IMG/VR virus record: IMGVR_UViG_3300031825_000353
Length of the DNA: 64,000 nt
Direction: 5' to 3' (one strand)
Source: a virus
Shown: positions 34,576 through 43,283 of the stretch, piece by piece
Position numbering within the stretch: the first letter of the stretch is position 1
Layout: every line of letters starts with the position of its first letter
Notes under the pieces: generated by a model
Databases searched by the model: none
Told to the model about the DNA's origin: nothing
Seen by the model: only the letters and a program-made list of their open reading frames with translations
Translations under genes and position numbers: made by a program

Positions 34576-34761
34576 TCATCGGGGCTCCGAGTCGTGGGCC
34601 AGGTCGGGGGGATAGAGGGCCGCGTCGTGGGCGGCGTGCTCCCGGTCCACCAGCAGGCCCCCGATCTGGGCAGCCACCAGCAGCAGGAGGATGCCCGGGA
34701 GGGCCAGCAGCAGGCCAAGGGCCATGGCGACACCCGCGACGATGCGAAGGAAGCGCGTCAT
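34576..34761 (-). CDS. Small membrane protein
   Basis: Hydrophobic VAGVAMALGLLLALPGILLLLVAA; coupled starts and stops. Confidence 0.6.
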   Translation of the reverse strand: MTRFLRIVAGVAMALGLLLALPGILLLLVAAQIGGLLVDREHAAHDAALYPPDLAHDSEPR

Positions 34762-34925
34762 TTCATCCTCCGCGTCTTGGTGGTGTCCTCGCTGGGGGTG
34801 GGCTTCTTCTTCGGCGGGGGAACCGGCAGCAGCAGGGCCGCCACCACCGAGACGATGGAGAAGAGGAGGATGCCGAAGAGGTAGTCCACCTCCGCGGCCC
34901 GCGGGTCGAAGAACAGATCAGGCAT
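34758..34925 (-). CDS. Small membrane protein
   Basis: YLFGILLFSIVSVVAALLL; RBS GGGAGG. Confidence 0.6.
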   Translation of the reverse strand: MPDLFFDPRAAEVDYLFGILLFSIVSVVAALLLPVPPPKKKPTPSEDTTKTRRMK

Positions 34926-35121
34926 GGCTGTCCTCCCCGGCCCGGGTGGGCAGCACCACATCGAAGAGCGGCGACCACCAGCCGAAACCGTGGAGCTGGG
35001 GCTCGAAGCGGGCCGCGGCCAGCGCCACGCCCAGATCGCGGCTCTCGTGGGCCATGGCCCGGCCGGCCAGGTCGTAGGCCGCCATGGGCGAGGGACACAT
35101 GGGAAGCGGGTGGTCCTTCAT
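34918..35121 (-). CDS. Small hypothetical protein
   Basis: RBS GGAGG before MKDHPLP. Confidence 0.5.
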   Translation of the reverse strand: MKDHPLPMCPSPMAAYDLAGRAMAHESRDLGVALAAARFEPQLHGFGWWSPLFDVVLPTRAGEDSHA

Positions 35122-35309
35122 CGGGGCCTCCGGAGGGCCGGGCGGGGCGCCCGGAGCAGCCGCGCCTCGCGTTCGCGGCGGCGCCGCATGAGCTGGGCCA
35201 GCAGCCACCACTCGACCGAGGGCCAGAAGAAGGCCAGCAGGGCGGCGGCCGCCAGCAGCACCAGGCCCAGGAAGGCCATGAAAGGAAGCGCGGTCAGCAG
35301 GAAGGCCAT
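35118..35309 (-). CDS. Small membrane protein
   Basis: MAFLLTALPFMAFLGLVLLAAAALLAFFW followed by Arg-rich tail. Confidence 0.6.
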   Translation of the reverse strand: MAFLLTALPFMAFLGLVLLAAAALLAFFWPSVEWWLLAQLMRRRREREARLLRAPRPALRRPR

Positions 35310-36184
35310 CAGCGACCCCCTTTCAGGGCTTCCGCAGCCTGGGCGGCACCCTCCGGCGTGATGGTCACCGAGCGCCCGTCGTGCGGCGTGGTGATGGTCA
35401 TCGAGGTGCCGTGCTCGGCCAGGCTCTTCATGAGCTTGCCCATGGAACGGCGGACGGCCGGGTCCTCGGCCACACCCTGAAGCGCGGCTTCGGTCATATC
35501 GAGGGCAGCCGAGAGCACGCTCTTCTTGTCCTTGACGAGGGGCCGAATCCGATCCTTGGCGAAGACTTCGGCGCCGCCATCGGTGCCGAGGATGTGAACC
35601 TTGGAATCCACAAACCCTCCAGTGGCCGGCCCTACCTCCTGCCAGGGCGCCTCGCCCGCGGGCAGGGCCTCGCCGGCCAGCCCGGCCTTCACCCAGGCCA
35701 GCAGCTGCTGGGCCAGGGCCTCGCCGTTGTCGTCCGTGCGTTCGGCCAGGAACTGCTTGAAGCGGCGGTCCAGGTGGCCGTGGCCTTCCTCCAGCAGGAA
35801 GATCCGGTCGTGCAGGCGCTCCTGCGGGGCCTTGCCGGTGGAGGGTGGCATCTTCAGGGCGCCGAGGCGCAGCTGGGCCGCGTCGAGGGTGGCCACCCAC
35901 TCCAGGTCGCCCGACAGGATTCGCACCTTGAGCTTCACCGGGCGCATGCCACGGGACAGGGCCTCGAAGGCCTCCCGGCACTCGGAAGGGTTGCCCTTGG
36001 CCAGGGAGATCCGCTTGACCTCCCCACGCTCGGAGGCCAGCTGGATCTGGTCGTCCACGAACAGGCCCGAGCCGTCGCCCGCCTCGCGGCTGGTGCCGCC
36101 CTCGGTCATGCCGCGCATCCAGAGCCAGAGCAGGAACTCCTCACCGAGGAACCGGCCCTGCTCGATCAGTTCAAGAGGCTTCAT
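35309..36184 (-). CDS. RdgC-like protein, partner B (FLGEEFLLWLW type), with C-terminal extension
   Basis: GRFLGEEFLLWLW...ECREAFEALSRG...ERLHDRIFLLEE. Confidence 0.65.
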   Translation of the reverse strand: MKPLELIEQGRFLGEEFLLWLWMRGMTEGGTSREAGDGSGLFVDDQIQLASERGEVKRISLAKGNPSECREAFEALSRGMRPVKLKVRILSGDLEWVATLDAAQLRLGALKMPPSTGKAPQERLHDRIFLLEEGHGHLDRRFKQFLAERTDDNGEALAQQLLAWVKAGLAGEALPAGEAPWQEVGPATGGFVDSKVHILGTDGGAEVFAKDRIRPLVKDKKSVLSAALDMTEAALQGVAEDPAVRRSMGKLMKSLAEHGTSMTITTPHDGRSVTITPEGAAQAAEALKGGR

Positions 36185-36371
36185 CGGTCACCTCGAATAG
36201 TGGAAGGGTGGGAAGGGCTTGCAGGCGGCGCGGATCGTCGGGCGGCAGGTGCTCCAGCGCCGCGTGGCGCTTCCAGCACACGGGCCCGTAGCCCCGCCGC
36301 CGGGCCGCCGGCGTCTTCAGCCAGCGGTGGCAGTCCAGGCACTGCGGGAACTCGCGGGGGGAGGTGGGCAT
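36171..36371 (-). CDS. DUF6011-like Zn-binding protein
   Basis: CLDCHRWLKTPAARRRGYGPVC. Confidence 0.75.
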   Translation of the reverse strand: MPTSPREFPQCLDCHRWLKTPAARRRGYGPVCWKRHAALEHLPPDDPRRLQALPTLPLFEVTDEAS

Positions 36372-36374
36372 GGC

Positions 36375-36758
36375 TCATCCCACCTCCTCAACGTCCTCGG
36401 CTTCGACGTCATCGATCTCGAAATCCCAGTCGAATGACCCGCTATCCTCGGCTTCATCGAGGGCCTTTTGTTCGGCCTCTTCCTCGCTCTCGGCTTCGAC
36501 CTCGATCACGCGGGTGGCGTAGGCCCGGGCCTTGACGGTCACCTTGTAGGTGCCGGGGCCGCCCTCACGGGCCTCCTCGATGAGAACCGGCACATCCTTC
36601 TGCTCGGCCTTCCAGCCGAGGACATCCCGCCCCTTGGCCGCCAGGCGCTCCCGGGCCTGTTCCTCGGTCATATCGAACACGGCCTGGATGGAGATCGGCT
36701 TGCCCCCTTCCGGCGGGGTGAAGGTCCAGCAGCGGAGGTAGCAGGTGCTCTTAGGCAT
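36375..36758 (-). CDS. Hypothetical protein, C-terminal DpnD/PcfM-like acidic domain
   Basis: YKVTV...RVIEVEAESEEEAEQKA. Confidence 0.55.
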   Translation of the reverse strand: MPKSTCYLRCWTFTPPEGGKPISIQAVFDMTEEQARERLAAKGRDVLGWKAEQKDVPVLIEEAREGGPGTYKVTVKARAYATRVIEVEAESEEEAEQKALDEAEDSGSFDWDFEIDDVEAEDVEEVG

Positions 36759-37362
36759 CGGCCACCTCGAGATCCAGGGGATCCAGCGCCATCAGCCCCT
36801 CGGTGGGGATCTGTGGCGCCACCCGGCCGGCCAGGGTCAGTGGGCCCTGGGGGTGCAGCTCGCACCCGAAGCTCTTGATGAAGAGGCCGACGAGGGCGCC
36901 CTGGGCCTTCTGGCTGGTGGCCGCGGTCCAGACCTGGCCCGCCCTGTGGTCCCAGACCACCTCGTAGGCCTTGGGCGTGGGCACCACCTTGCGCAGCAGC
37001 TCGGCCTTCACCTCGTCCGCCAGGCTGATGCGGGCCTCCTTGCCGATGAAGGCCAGGTCCTTCTCCTTCTGCAGGGTCTGCAGGCGCATGTCCACGTGGC
37101 TCTTCAGCAGGGCCGCGGGGATCTTGCGGGTGTCGATGCGCAGCGCGAAGACGAAGAAGCGATCCTGCTCCACCCATTCCTCTTCCGGTGGCGTGATCAG
37201 CAGGTTCCGCCAGTCCACCCAACCCAGGCGCTCCTCCTCCAGGCCATCCTGGAAGGGGCGCCACTGGTCCTGGCGCAGGCCGGCCATCAGGTCGGCGAAG
37301 GCGGGCACAGGCCCCAGCACCAGGTGCCGGGCCGCCGTGAGGGTTCCCTGGAGGAGGCTCAT
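36751..37362 (-). CDS. RdgC-like protein, partner A
   Basis: MSLLQGTLTAARH...EERLGWV...FALRIDTRKIPAALLK...P..YEVVWD. Confidence 0.7.
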   Translation of the reverse strand: MSLLQGTLTAARHLVLGPVPAFADLMAGLRQDQWRPFQDGLEEERLGWVDWRNLLITPPEEEWVEQDRFFVFALRIDTRKIPAALLKSHVDMRLQTLQKEKDLAFIGKEARISLADEVKAELLRKVVPTPKAYEVVWDHRAGQVWTAATSQKAQGALVGLFIKSFGCELHPQGPLTLAGRVAPQIPTEGLMALDPLDLEVADA

Positions 37363-37637
37363 GCCCGCTTCTCCCGGCCCAGCTGGCCGATCTGCAGGCG
37401 CACCCGGATGATCTGGTGGGCGATCTCCCCCCGCGCCGTGAAGAACACCCGCATGACAGCCTTCAGGTGCGTCGCGGAAGCGTCGATGGTGCGCACGTCC
37501 CAGGGCCCTTCCTCCAGCACCTGGACGGCCGCCCGCAGCTGCGCGCAGACCTTCGCTCGGGTGACCAGCGGCTCTTCCCCTTCGGGGATGGCCCTTGCGG
37601 GGGCGGCGGGATGGCTGTAGTTTGGTGAGTGCATCAT
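37359..37637 (-). CDS. Hypothetical protein
   Basis: RBS AAGGAG; coupled to next gene. Confidence 0.55.
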   Translation of the reverse strand: MMHSPNYSHPAAPARAIPEGEEPLVTRAKVCAQLRAAVQVLEEGPWDVRTIDASATHLKAVMRVFFTARGEIAHQIIRVRLQIGQLGREKRA

Positions 37638-37683
37638 GTCTCCTTGCTCGAGATGGGGCCCGTGTCAGCGGGCCCTTGTTGTG

Positions 37684-38006
37684 TCAGGCGGAGAGGGCAG
37701 GCGAGGGCAAGGCCTCGGCCCAGGCGCGCAAGTCCTTGGTGAGGTAGAGCACGGTGGCGCCGTCTTTCTTGAAGCGCGGGCCGGTGAGGGTCTTCCGGTG
37801 GGCGCGCAAGGTCTCCACCGGGACGCCGGTCATGGCGCTGGCCAGGTCCTCGCGGACAGAGATGGGCTCGACCACGATCACCTGCGTGGGGGCCTCGTGC
37901 CGGTCGGCCTGGCCGGCCAGCAGGTGCAGGGCGGGGAGGCCGACCACCACGGTGGGGGCAGGGCGGGGCTGACGCTTGGGCTTGAGGGCTTCGGTCTCCG
38001 GGCTCA
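37684..38006 (-). CDS. Excisionase/AlpA-like HTH protein
   Basis: LASAMTGVPVETLRAHR...GPRFKKDGATVLYLTKDLRAW. Confidence 0.72.
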
Positions 38007-38816
38007 TGGCCGCGCCTCGCCAGGGATGCACTGGGACAACATCCGTGCACCTTGCCGCTCGGCGTCCATCACCTTCTGGATGGCGAGCATGCCCTTGCCG
38101 GTGATGTGGGTCTTGGGCTTGATGTGGTCGCGCCCGAATTCATCCTTGAAGACCCGCTCCTTGACCGTGAAGAGCCCCGCCTCCATCCATCGCTGGAAGG
38201 GCGTGCAGGTTCCTGCGATGAGGAATTCATGGATCCGCAACCAGACGAAGAGGCGATTCTGGCCCGTGCCCAGGATCTTCGCGGCGGCGGCAATGGTGTG
38301 GTCCCCCTTGGCCGAGGCAACCCGGTCGGCGAAAGCAGCCTTGAGCGCAAGCACGGCCAGGTCATCGGCCTGGCGAGCCACAGTGCATGCGAGGGTCTCG
38401 CGTTCCTGTTCCAGCTTGGCGGCCAGGGCCAGGGCGCCGTGGAAAGTCTTGGGGACATCGAAGGCCTGGTAGCCCCCATTCCTCCGAATGGCGGGCAGCA
38501 CCTCGTGGGTGATCCATCGCTTGAAGAGCTTGGCCTCGGGCTTCCGGCTGCTCAGCACCAAGGTGTAGAGTCCTGGTTCGTTGACCACGTTGCGGGCGGG
38601 CCCACCGTCATTTGAAATGACGGTGCTTTTTTCGTCAGGATCCAGACGGGTTACCGCCTGTCTGGGGTTGCCGAGGTCCAGCGCGGCGCAGACATCCGCG
38701 GCGTACCACCAGGGCTCGCCCTCCACCAGGGCCATCCGGACACTGAAGACCGGGGCGCCCTGGCCAGCGGCCTCAGGATGAGGATCAAAGACGAACGTGC
38801 GCAGTTCGTGCATCAC
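38004..38816 (-). CDS. Antirepressor, BRO-N plus KilAC/ANT domains
   Basis: EPWWYAADVCAALDL, VNEPGLYTLVLSSRKPEAKLFKRWITHEVLPAIRRNGGY, ITGKG. Confidence 0.92.
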   Translation of the reverse strand: MMHELRTFVFDPHPEAAGQGAPVFSVRMALVEGEPWWYAADVCAALDLGNPRQAVTRLDPDEKSTVISNDGGPARNVVNEPGLYTLVLSSRKPEAKLFKRWITHEVLPAIRRNGGYQAFDVPKTFHGALALAAKLEQERETLACTVARQADDLAVLALKAAFADRVASAKGDHTIAAAAKILGTGQNRLFVWLRIHEFLIAGTCTPFQRWMEAGLFTVKERVFKDEFGRDHIKPKTHITGKGMLAIQKVMDAERQGARMLSQCIPGEARP

Positions 38817-39292
38817 ATCCTCCCTTCTGCCCGCTTCCGCAAGGCATCCATGGCCGTCTGGGCCTGCTGCAGCCGGGCCCCCGCCTTCGCCAGGAGCTGC
38901 TTGGCCTCGGCCTGGGTCAGGTCGCCATCAGCCAAGTTCCGGCTGAACTCAGCCACGAAGGCGCCATCCGCATCCAGGGCCTGCGCCAGCAGTTCGTACG
39001 GGTTGACCTTCTCGCCGACTTCGGCCCCCTCGCCCATCCAGCGGATGAGCACGCGGAGGGGTTCCTGGTTCCCGGTCTTGTTCGTGATCTTGCGGAGGTC
39101 CACCGCATCGGGGAACCAGTCGATCTCATCGAAGTTGAGGCAGCGCGAATACCACCCCTCACTCCGATCCACAGCCGCAGCCACCTCCTTTCGGGGCATG
39201 GCCGATATCCCTAGGTGGGGGATCCAGAGGGCCTCTTTCAACTCACGAATGAACCGGTGATCTTGTGGTGTCCAACGACGAACCTTGCACAT
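38813..39292 (-). CDS. CII-family regulatory protein (start uncertain)
   Basis: Helical, LADGDLTQAEAKQL motif; position after Ner/Cro. Confidence 0.6.
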   Translation of the reverse strand: MCKVRRWTPQDHRFIRELKEALWIPHLGISAMPRKEVAAAVDRSEGWYSRCLNFDEIDWFPDAVDLRKITNKTGNQEPLRVLIRWMGEGAEVGEKVNPYELLAQALDADGAFVAEFSRNLADGDLTQAEAKQLLAKAGARLQQAQTAMDALRKRAEGRM

Positions 39293-39343
39293 GGAGGTAA
39301 CCCCGATGTATGGACGAAGAGGAAAAAGAAGTGCAGGCAGGAT

Positions 39344-39616
39344 TCACGAAGCCCTGCGAAGGCGGCGCTCCCGCAGGGGCAGGAGGGCGTCCGGCCAGAT
39401 TTCGGTGACATCCACCCCCAATGCTTGGGCTACGGCCAGCCGGGCCCGCTGCCCGCTACGGGCCTGGTGGACGGCATGGCTGATGGCCTGCGGCGTGAGA
39501 CCGCTGTCGGCACCGATGGACTTCGGGGTGACACCGGCCTTGAGCATGGCGATCTTGATTTCCAGGGTGGTCCACGCCGGCCGTCGGTTGCCGTGAGTTG
39601 AGGTATTCTGTTTCAT
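39344..39616 (-). CDS. Ner/Cro-like repressor
   Basis: WTTLEIKIAM...AVAQALGVDVTEIWP (Ner signature); divergent from CI. Confidence 0.82.
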   Translation of the reverse strand: MKQNTSTHGNRRPAWTTLEIKIAMLKAGVTPKSIGADSGLTPQAISHAVHQARSGQRARLAVAQALGVDVTEIWPDALLPLRERRLRRAS

Positions 39617-39675
39617 CTGGTTCTCTCTTCGGAGGGTGGGATGTCAACACGAGACAGTATTGTATCGCATGGGAC

Positions 39676-40398
39676 ATGCGTCAAGAGGATTTGTTTACCT
39701 TGAGCCAACTAGCTGACAGAATCCGCCTTGCGCTGAAAACAAATCGTCTCCGGCCGATTGACGTGCCACGCAGGGGTGGCCCAAGCCGCCCCACGATCTA
39801 TCGATTGCTCAAGGAGGAGGATCCGAAGGTCGATGGCCTGACCTTGGATCGGCTGGCCGATGCGATTGGCGTTTCACGCCCCTGGCTCCGGGAGGGGAAG
39901 GGGCCGATGGGTGCCCCTGGGCCGTTCCCTTCAGCTCTTTCTCTTTTGCACAGCAGCTCGTTCATGCCCACCATGGCCCCCGGGTATGGCTCACGGATCA
40001 GCCAGGCTCGCCAAGATGCAGGGATGCCCCTCACCACGGCCGCCCTCACCCTTCAGATCCCCAAGCGCCGCCTAGAGGCCTTCGAGGCTGAGGCCGAGGA
40101 ACCCACGCTCCCTGAATTGATGTCGATCTCCTTGGGCTATCGGGCCAATGTTCGACACCTCACCACCGGGCAGAGCGAAGCGCCCGCCGACATGGCCCGA
40201 GAGCCCAAGGCTGAGCCCTACCGCGATGCTCCGCTGGATCGTGGCCTGCTCTCCCGAGCCCTGGTGGCGGCCCTCGCCTTCCGCCCCAAGCGGGACGCCA
40301 GCCGCATGGCTGCAGCCATCGCGGATGCCTACGACACGGCCAGCAAGCCGGGCAACGCGGATAAGTTAGAAGACTTGGTGCAGGCCCTGCTGAAATAA
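39676..40398 (+). CDS. CI-like repressor with two XRE HTH domains and no S24 peptidase
   Basis: TLDRLADAIGVSRPWLREGKG and RISQARQDAG...LEAFEAEAEEPTLPEL...NVRHLTTG. Confidence 0.8.
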   Translation: MRQEDLFTLSQLADRIRLALKTNRLRPIDVPRRGGPSRPTIYRLLKEEDPKVDGLTLDRLADAIGVSRPWLREGKGPMGAPGPFPSALSLLHSSSFMPTMAPGYGSRISQARQDAGMPLTTAALTLQIPKRRLEAFEAEAEEPTLPELMSISLGYRANVRHLTTGQSEAPADMAREPKAEPYRDAPLDRGLLSRALVAALAFRPKRDASRMAAAIADAYDTASKPGNADKLEDLVQALLK

Positions 40399-40492
40399 TT
40401 GCCCAGCCCCCACCATGCTCCAGATAAATTAAATCCCGACCGACGTTCCACCTCAACCGCCATAAGGCGTTTTCTTTTCACCGGAGGAAGTC

Positions 40493-41080
40493 TTGCGAAT
40501 TCGTATGTTGCTCCTCACGCTCTTCGTCTCCAGCTGGGCCATGGCCCAGGGCTTCGGCATCAGCCTGGGTCTCTCGGGCGCCAAGCCCCGCTCCATCCAG
40601 GACACCACGTTCACCAACCAGCTCGGCGCCTACCTCGGGGCCTCCTACCGGTGGAAGGAGTTCACCCTCGGCGCAGCCTACAAGACCGCGGGGAAGTCCA
40701 CCATCAGCTACTCGGGCTTCGAATCCAAGGACGAGTTCAAGTGGTCTTACTCCGAGGCCTCGCTCCAGTACGGCATCCCCTTCAAGGGGGAAAGCGTGAC
40801 GCAGCGGATCCTGCTGGGCGGCGCCATGCGATTCGAAAACACCAAGGCCGAGGACAACACCATCGGGCTCAGCGTCAGCGCCAACTACAACCGCTTCTGG
40901 TGGCGGGCCGGGTACGAGATCGAAGGAGAGGTCGACCAGGTGTTCACCAGCCTCGGCGTGTTCTACGCGGGCACCTCGAAGGAGACCTTCGACCCCAACA
41001 AGGACTACACGACCAAGGAAGCGCAGCGGCTCTTCGCGCCGACGAATGAATTCCAGATCATGGTGACCTTCAGGTTCTAG
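40493..41080 (+). CDS. Outer-membrane beta-barrel protein (lysogenic-conversion moron)
   Basis: RBS GGAGG before TTG; signal peptide ending AMA-Q; alternating aromatic beta strands; C-terminal FQIMVTFRF. Confidence 0.82.
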   Translation: MRIRMLLLTLFVSSWAMAQGFGISLGLSGAKPRSIQDTTFTNQLGAYLGASYRWKEFTLGAAYKTAGKSTISYSGFESKDEFKWSYSEASLQYGIPFKGESVTQRILLGGAMRFENTKAEDNTIGLSVSANYNRFWWRAGYEIEGEVDQVFTSLGVFYAGTSKETFDPNKDYTTKEAQRLFAPTNEFQIMVTFRF

Positions 41081-42251
41081 ACCCAGCCAACCCCGCCTCG
41101 ACTACGCCCACATCCTCCCGCAGCTTCTTGGCCGCGATATGGGCGTAGCGGCGCGTCTGGCGGCTGGTGGTGTGGCCCAGCATGTCGCCCACGTCGTCCA
41201 GGTCCAGGCCCTTCATGCGGGCCATGGTGGCGAAGGAGTGGCGGAGATCGTGGATGTGGAAGTCAGCGAGCCCCAGCTCCTTCAATTCCGTGCCCCGCCG
41301 GCGCTGCCACCAGCTTTCGAGCCCCTTATAGGGACCTTTCTTCCCGGGAAACACCCACTTCGACACCTTCCGTTCTGCGCGCTCTTTCAGCAGGGCCACG
41401 GCATGCGGGCCCAGGCCCACCAGGCGGTTCTTCTTGGTCTTCTTCCCGGTCTTGTGCTGAGTCCGCGGGATACAGATCACGCCGCCCTCCAGATCCATCC
41501 ACTCCCATTCCAGCTTCTGGGCCTCGCCCAACCGGGCGCCAGTCATCAGGAGGAACCGCAGCTGGGAGACGGGCAGGGCATGCTTCTCCTCATTCCGATC
41601 CAGCCAGGCGGCAAAGGCCACCAGTTCCGCTTCACTGAGTGCGCGGGTGCGCTCCTCCTCTTCGAATCGGATGACATCAAGGCAGGGGTTCGAGTTCCTG
41701 GGCCGCTGCTTCCATTCCTCAGCGGTGGACAGGGCCGACGAGAGCACGGCGAGGGCGAGGTTGGCTGAGCGGGGATGCTCGGCCAGGGCCTGGTGCACCT
41801 CGGTGGCCTCCTTCGGCCCGATGTCCGCCACCATCCGGCTGCCCAGGGCAGGGACGAGCACCTTGCCCACGATGCGGGTGTAGTCCTTGATGGTCTTCTT
41901 CGCCAGGCGGGCCACGTGCTTGGCCAGCCATTCCTTCAGGAATTCCCGCATGGTCTGGGCCTTCCGCAGCCGCTTCTTCTCGGTGCGCGGGTCCTCGCCG
42001 CGCGCGACCATGCCCAGGTGATCCGCCGCAGTCTTGCGTGCGGCTGCCACCGGCAGCTTCGGGAAGGCCCCGAATGTTTCGCAACCATCGCGGCCGCGCA
42101 AGCTGAAGCGTATGATGTAGGCGACCTTCCCCTTCGGCGAGACTCGCACACCGAAGCCGGGCAGCTTGGTATCCATCACTTCGTATCGCTTTTCCTCGGC
42201 TTGCAAAGTCACCAGGAATTCTTTGAGGATGTGCCTTTCACGGAGTGCCAT
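41070..42251 (-). CDS. int: Phage integrase (tyrosine recombinase with arm-binding domain)
   Basis: TGARLGE, HKT, HDLRH, LGH, TRRY; N-terminal DTKLPGFGVRV; adjacent to att site. Confidence 0.95.
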   Translation of the reverse strand: MALRERHILKEFLVTLQAEEKRYEVMDTKLPGFGVRVSPKGKVAYIIRFSLRGRDGCETFGAFPKLPVAAARKTAADHLGMVARGEDPRTEKKRLRKAQTMREFLKEWLAKHVARLAKKTIKDYTRIVGKVLVPALGSRMVADIGPKEATEVHQALAEHPRSANLALAVLSSALSTAEEWKQRPRNSNPCLDVIRFEEEERTRALSEAELVAFAAWLDRNEEKHALPVSQLRFLLMTGARLGEAQKLEWEWMDLEGGVICIPRTQHKTGKKTKKNRLVGLGPHAVALLKERAERKVSKWVFPGKKGPYKGLESWWQRRRGTELKELGLADFHIHDLRHSFATMARMKGLDLDDVGDMLGHTTSRQTRRYAHIAAKKLREDVGVVEAGLAGSRT

Positions 42252-42395
42252 GGGGTTTCTCCGATTTTCGGGTTTCACGGGGTTTTCACGGAACGCAGCA
42301 ACCCACAGCCACCATCGTGCACCATTTTCAGACCCATAAACCCAAGAAATTCAACCACGCCACCAGCTCAAACCACCCCATCCAAGCGCGGCTCC

Positions 42396-42444
42396 CTGAT
42401 TCGTAATCAGCAGGTCGCAGGTTCGAATCCTGTAGTTGGCTCCA
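42396..42444 (+). tRNA. 3' half of tRNA-Thr(CGT) forming the attP core; not a complete gene
   Basis: CTGA-TTCGTAA-TCAG anticodon arm, GCAGG-TTCGAAT-CCTGT T arm, AGTTGGC-T-CCA end; no 5' half upstream. Confidence 0.9.
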
Positions 42445-42449
42445 CACTT

Positions 42450-42482
42450 AGGCCCCTTTTCAGGGGCCTTTGCTTTTGCTTT
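42450..42482 (+). terminator. Rho-independent terminator after the tRNA 3' half
   Basis: AGGCCCC-TTTTCA-GGGGCCT stem followed by T-rich tract. Confidence 0.8.
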
Positions 42483-42519
42483 CACGGAGTTTTCACGGGA
42501 TGGATTCAAGGCTCGGGGA

Positions 42520-42849
42520 TCAGTCGCCCTGGTAGGCCTTGTGGGAACCTGATACCAAATCGTGGCTGAGACGGACCGCCACCGCGTCGGCCCTGGGCCC
42601 GCCCAAATCGGTCAGGCGCTGCAATCCGGCCAGGACCCGCAGGGACTTCTCCTGCTTCTGGACCGCGAGGCTGGCCATGCAAGCTACATGGGATTCCTTG
42701 GCGTGGCGCCCGATGAGATCCAGAACGGCCACCAGATCCGGGCGTCCCAGATCACGCAATGCGCCCTTCAACCCCGCCACCAGGTGGATCGATAGGTGAG
42801 CACGGCTCGCGACGAAGTGAGCGAGGTTCAACTGTTGATGAAGAGGCAT
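42520..42849 (-). CDS. Hypothetical protein downstream of structured leader
   Basis: Strong RBS CAGGAGGAG before ATG 42849. Confidence 0.65.
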   Translation of the reverse strand: MPLHQQLNLAHFVASRAHLSIHLVAGLKGALRDLGRPDLVAVLDLIGRHAKESHVACMASLAVQKQEKSLRVLAGLQRLTDLGGPRADAVAVRLSHDLVSGSHKAYQGD

Positions 42850-42879
42850 AGCTCCTCCTGGGCGTGATGCCCTTAGGTC

Positions 42880-43120
42880 GGGGGGTCGAAACCGCACGTA
42901 GCAACGGCCCGGCGTATTCCCTGTTTGGGGTGTTGTATTTCGCCGGACCCCCGACAGGGGGAGCCCCCGGGCTGACGGGCCAGGGGTCCGGCTACGTGAA
43001 GGGTTTCGAGCCCAGGGTTCAGTCTACCGGGGGTTTTGGCCGGCGATGAGATGCTCGGCACACCCAGCGAGGCTCGTGCCAAGGACCAGTTGAGTGATCG
43101 ACTCGGCAGGAAAACCCCGG
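42880..43120. ncRNA. Candidate structured RNA/DNA element, two multi-branch domains
   Basis: Several perfect 8-9 bp nested inverted repeats; no convincing ORF. Confidence 0.4.
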
Positions 43121-43283
43121 CACATCTATGGACATGCGGGTTATCTGTGCAACCCCAACTGTCGTGAGAATGCCACTGGCCGACCCCATGGGTCGGACCT
43201 TTGACACATGCAATCTAACGATGGCTTGCAGTTACGACTTGCCATTGGTCAGGCATTGTCGAATTGCAAGTGCTAGGCCAGAG

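Larger units (their letters stand above)
42236..42498 (+). repeat. Five TTTCACGG arm-type integrase sites
   Basis: At 42236, 42273, 42284, 42480 and 42491; two tandem pairs with 11-bp period flank the core. Confidence 0.75.

Noticed and set aside
42361-42444. Complete tRNA-Thr gene
   Set aside because: No 5' acceptor strand (expected GCCAACT) or D arm upstream; it is only the att core.
43201-43230. TTGACA at 43201 as a sigma70 promoter
   Set aside because: No -10 element at 16-18 bp spacing.
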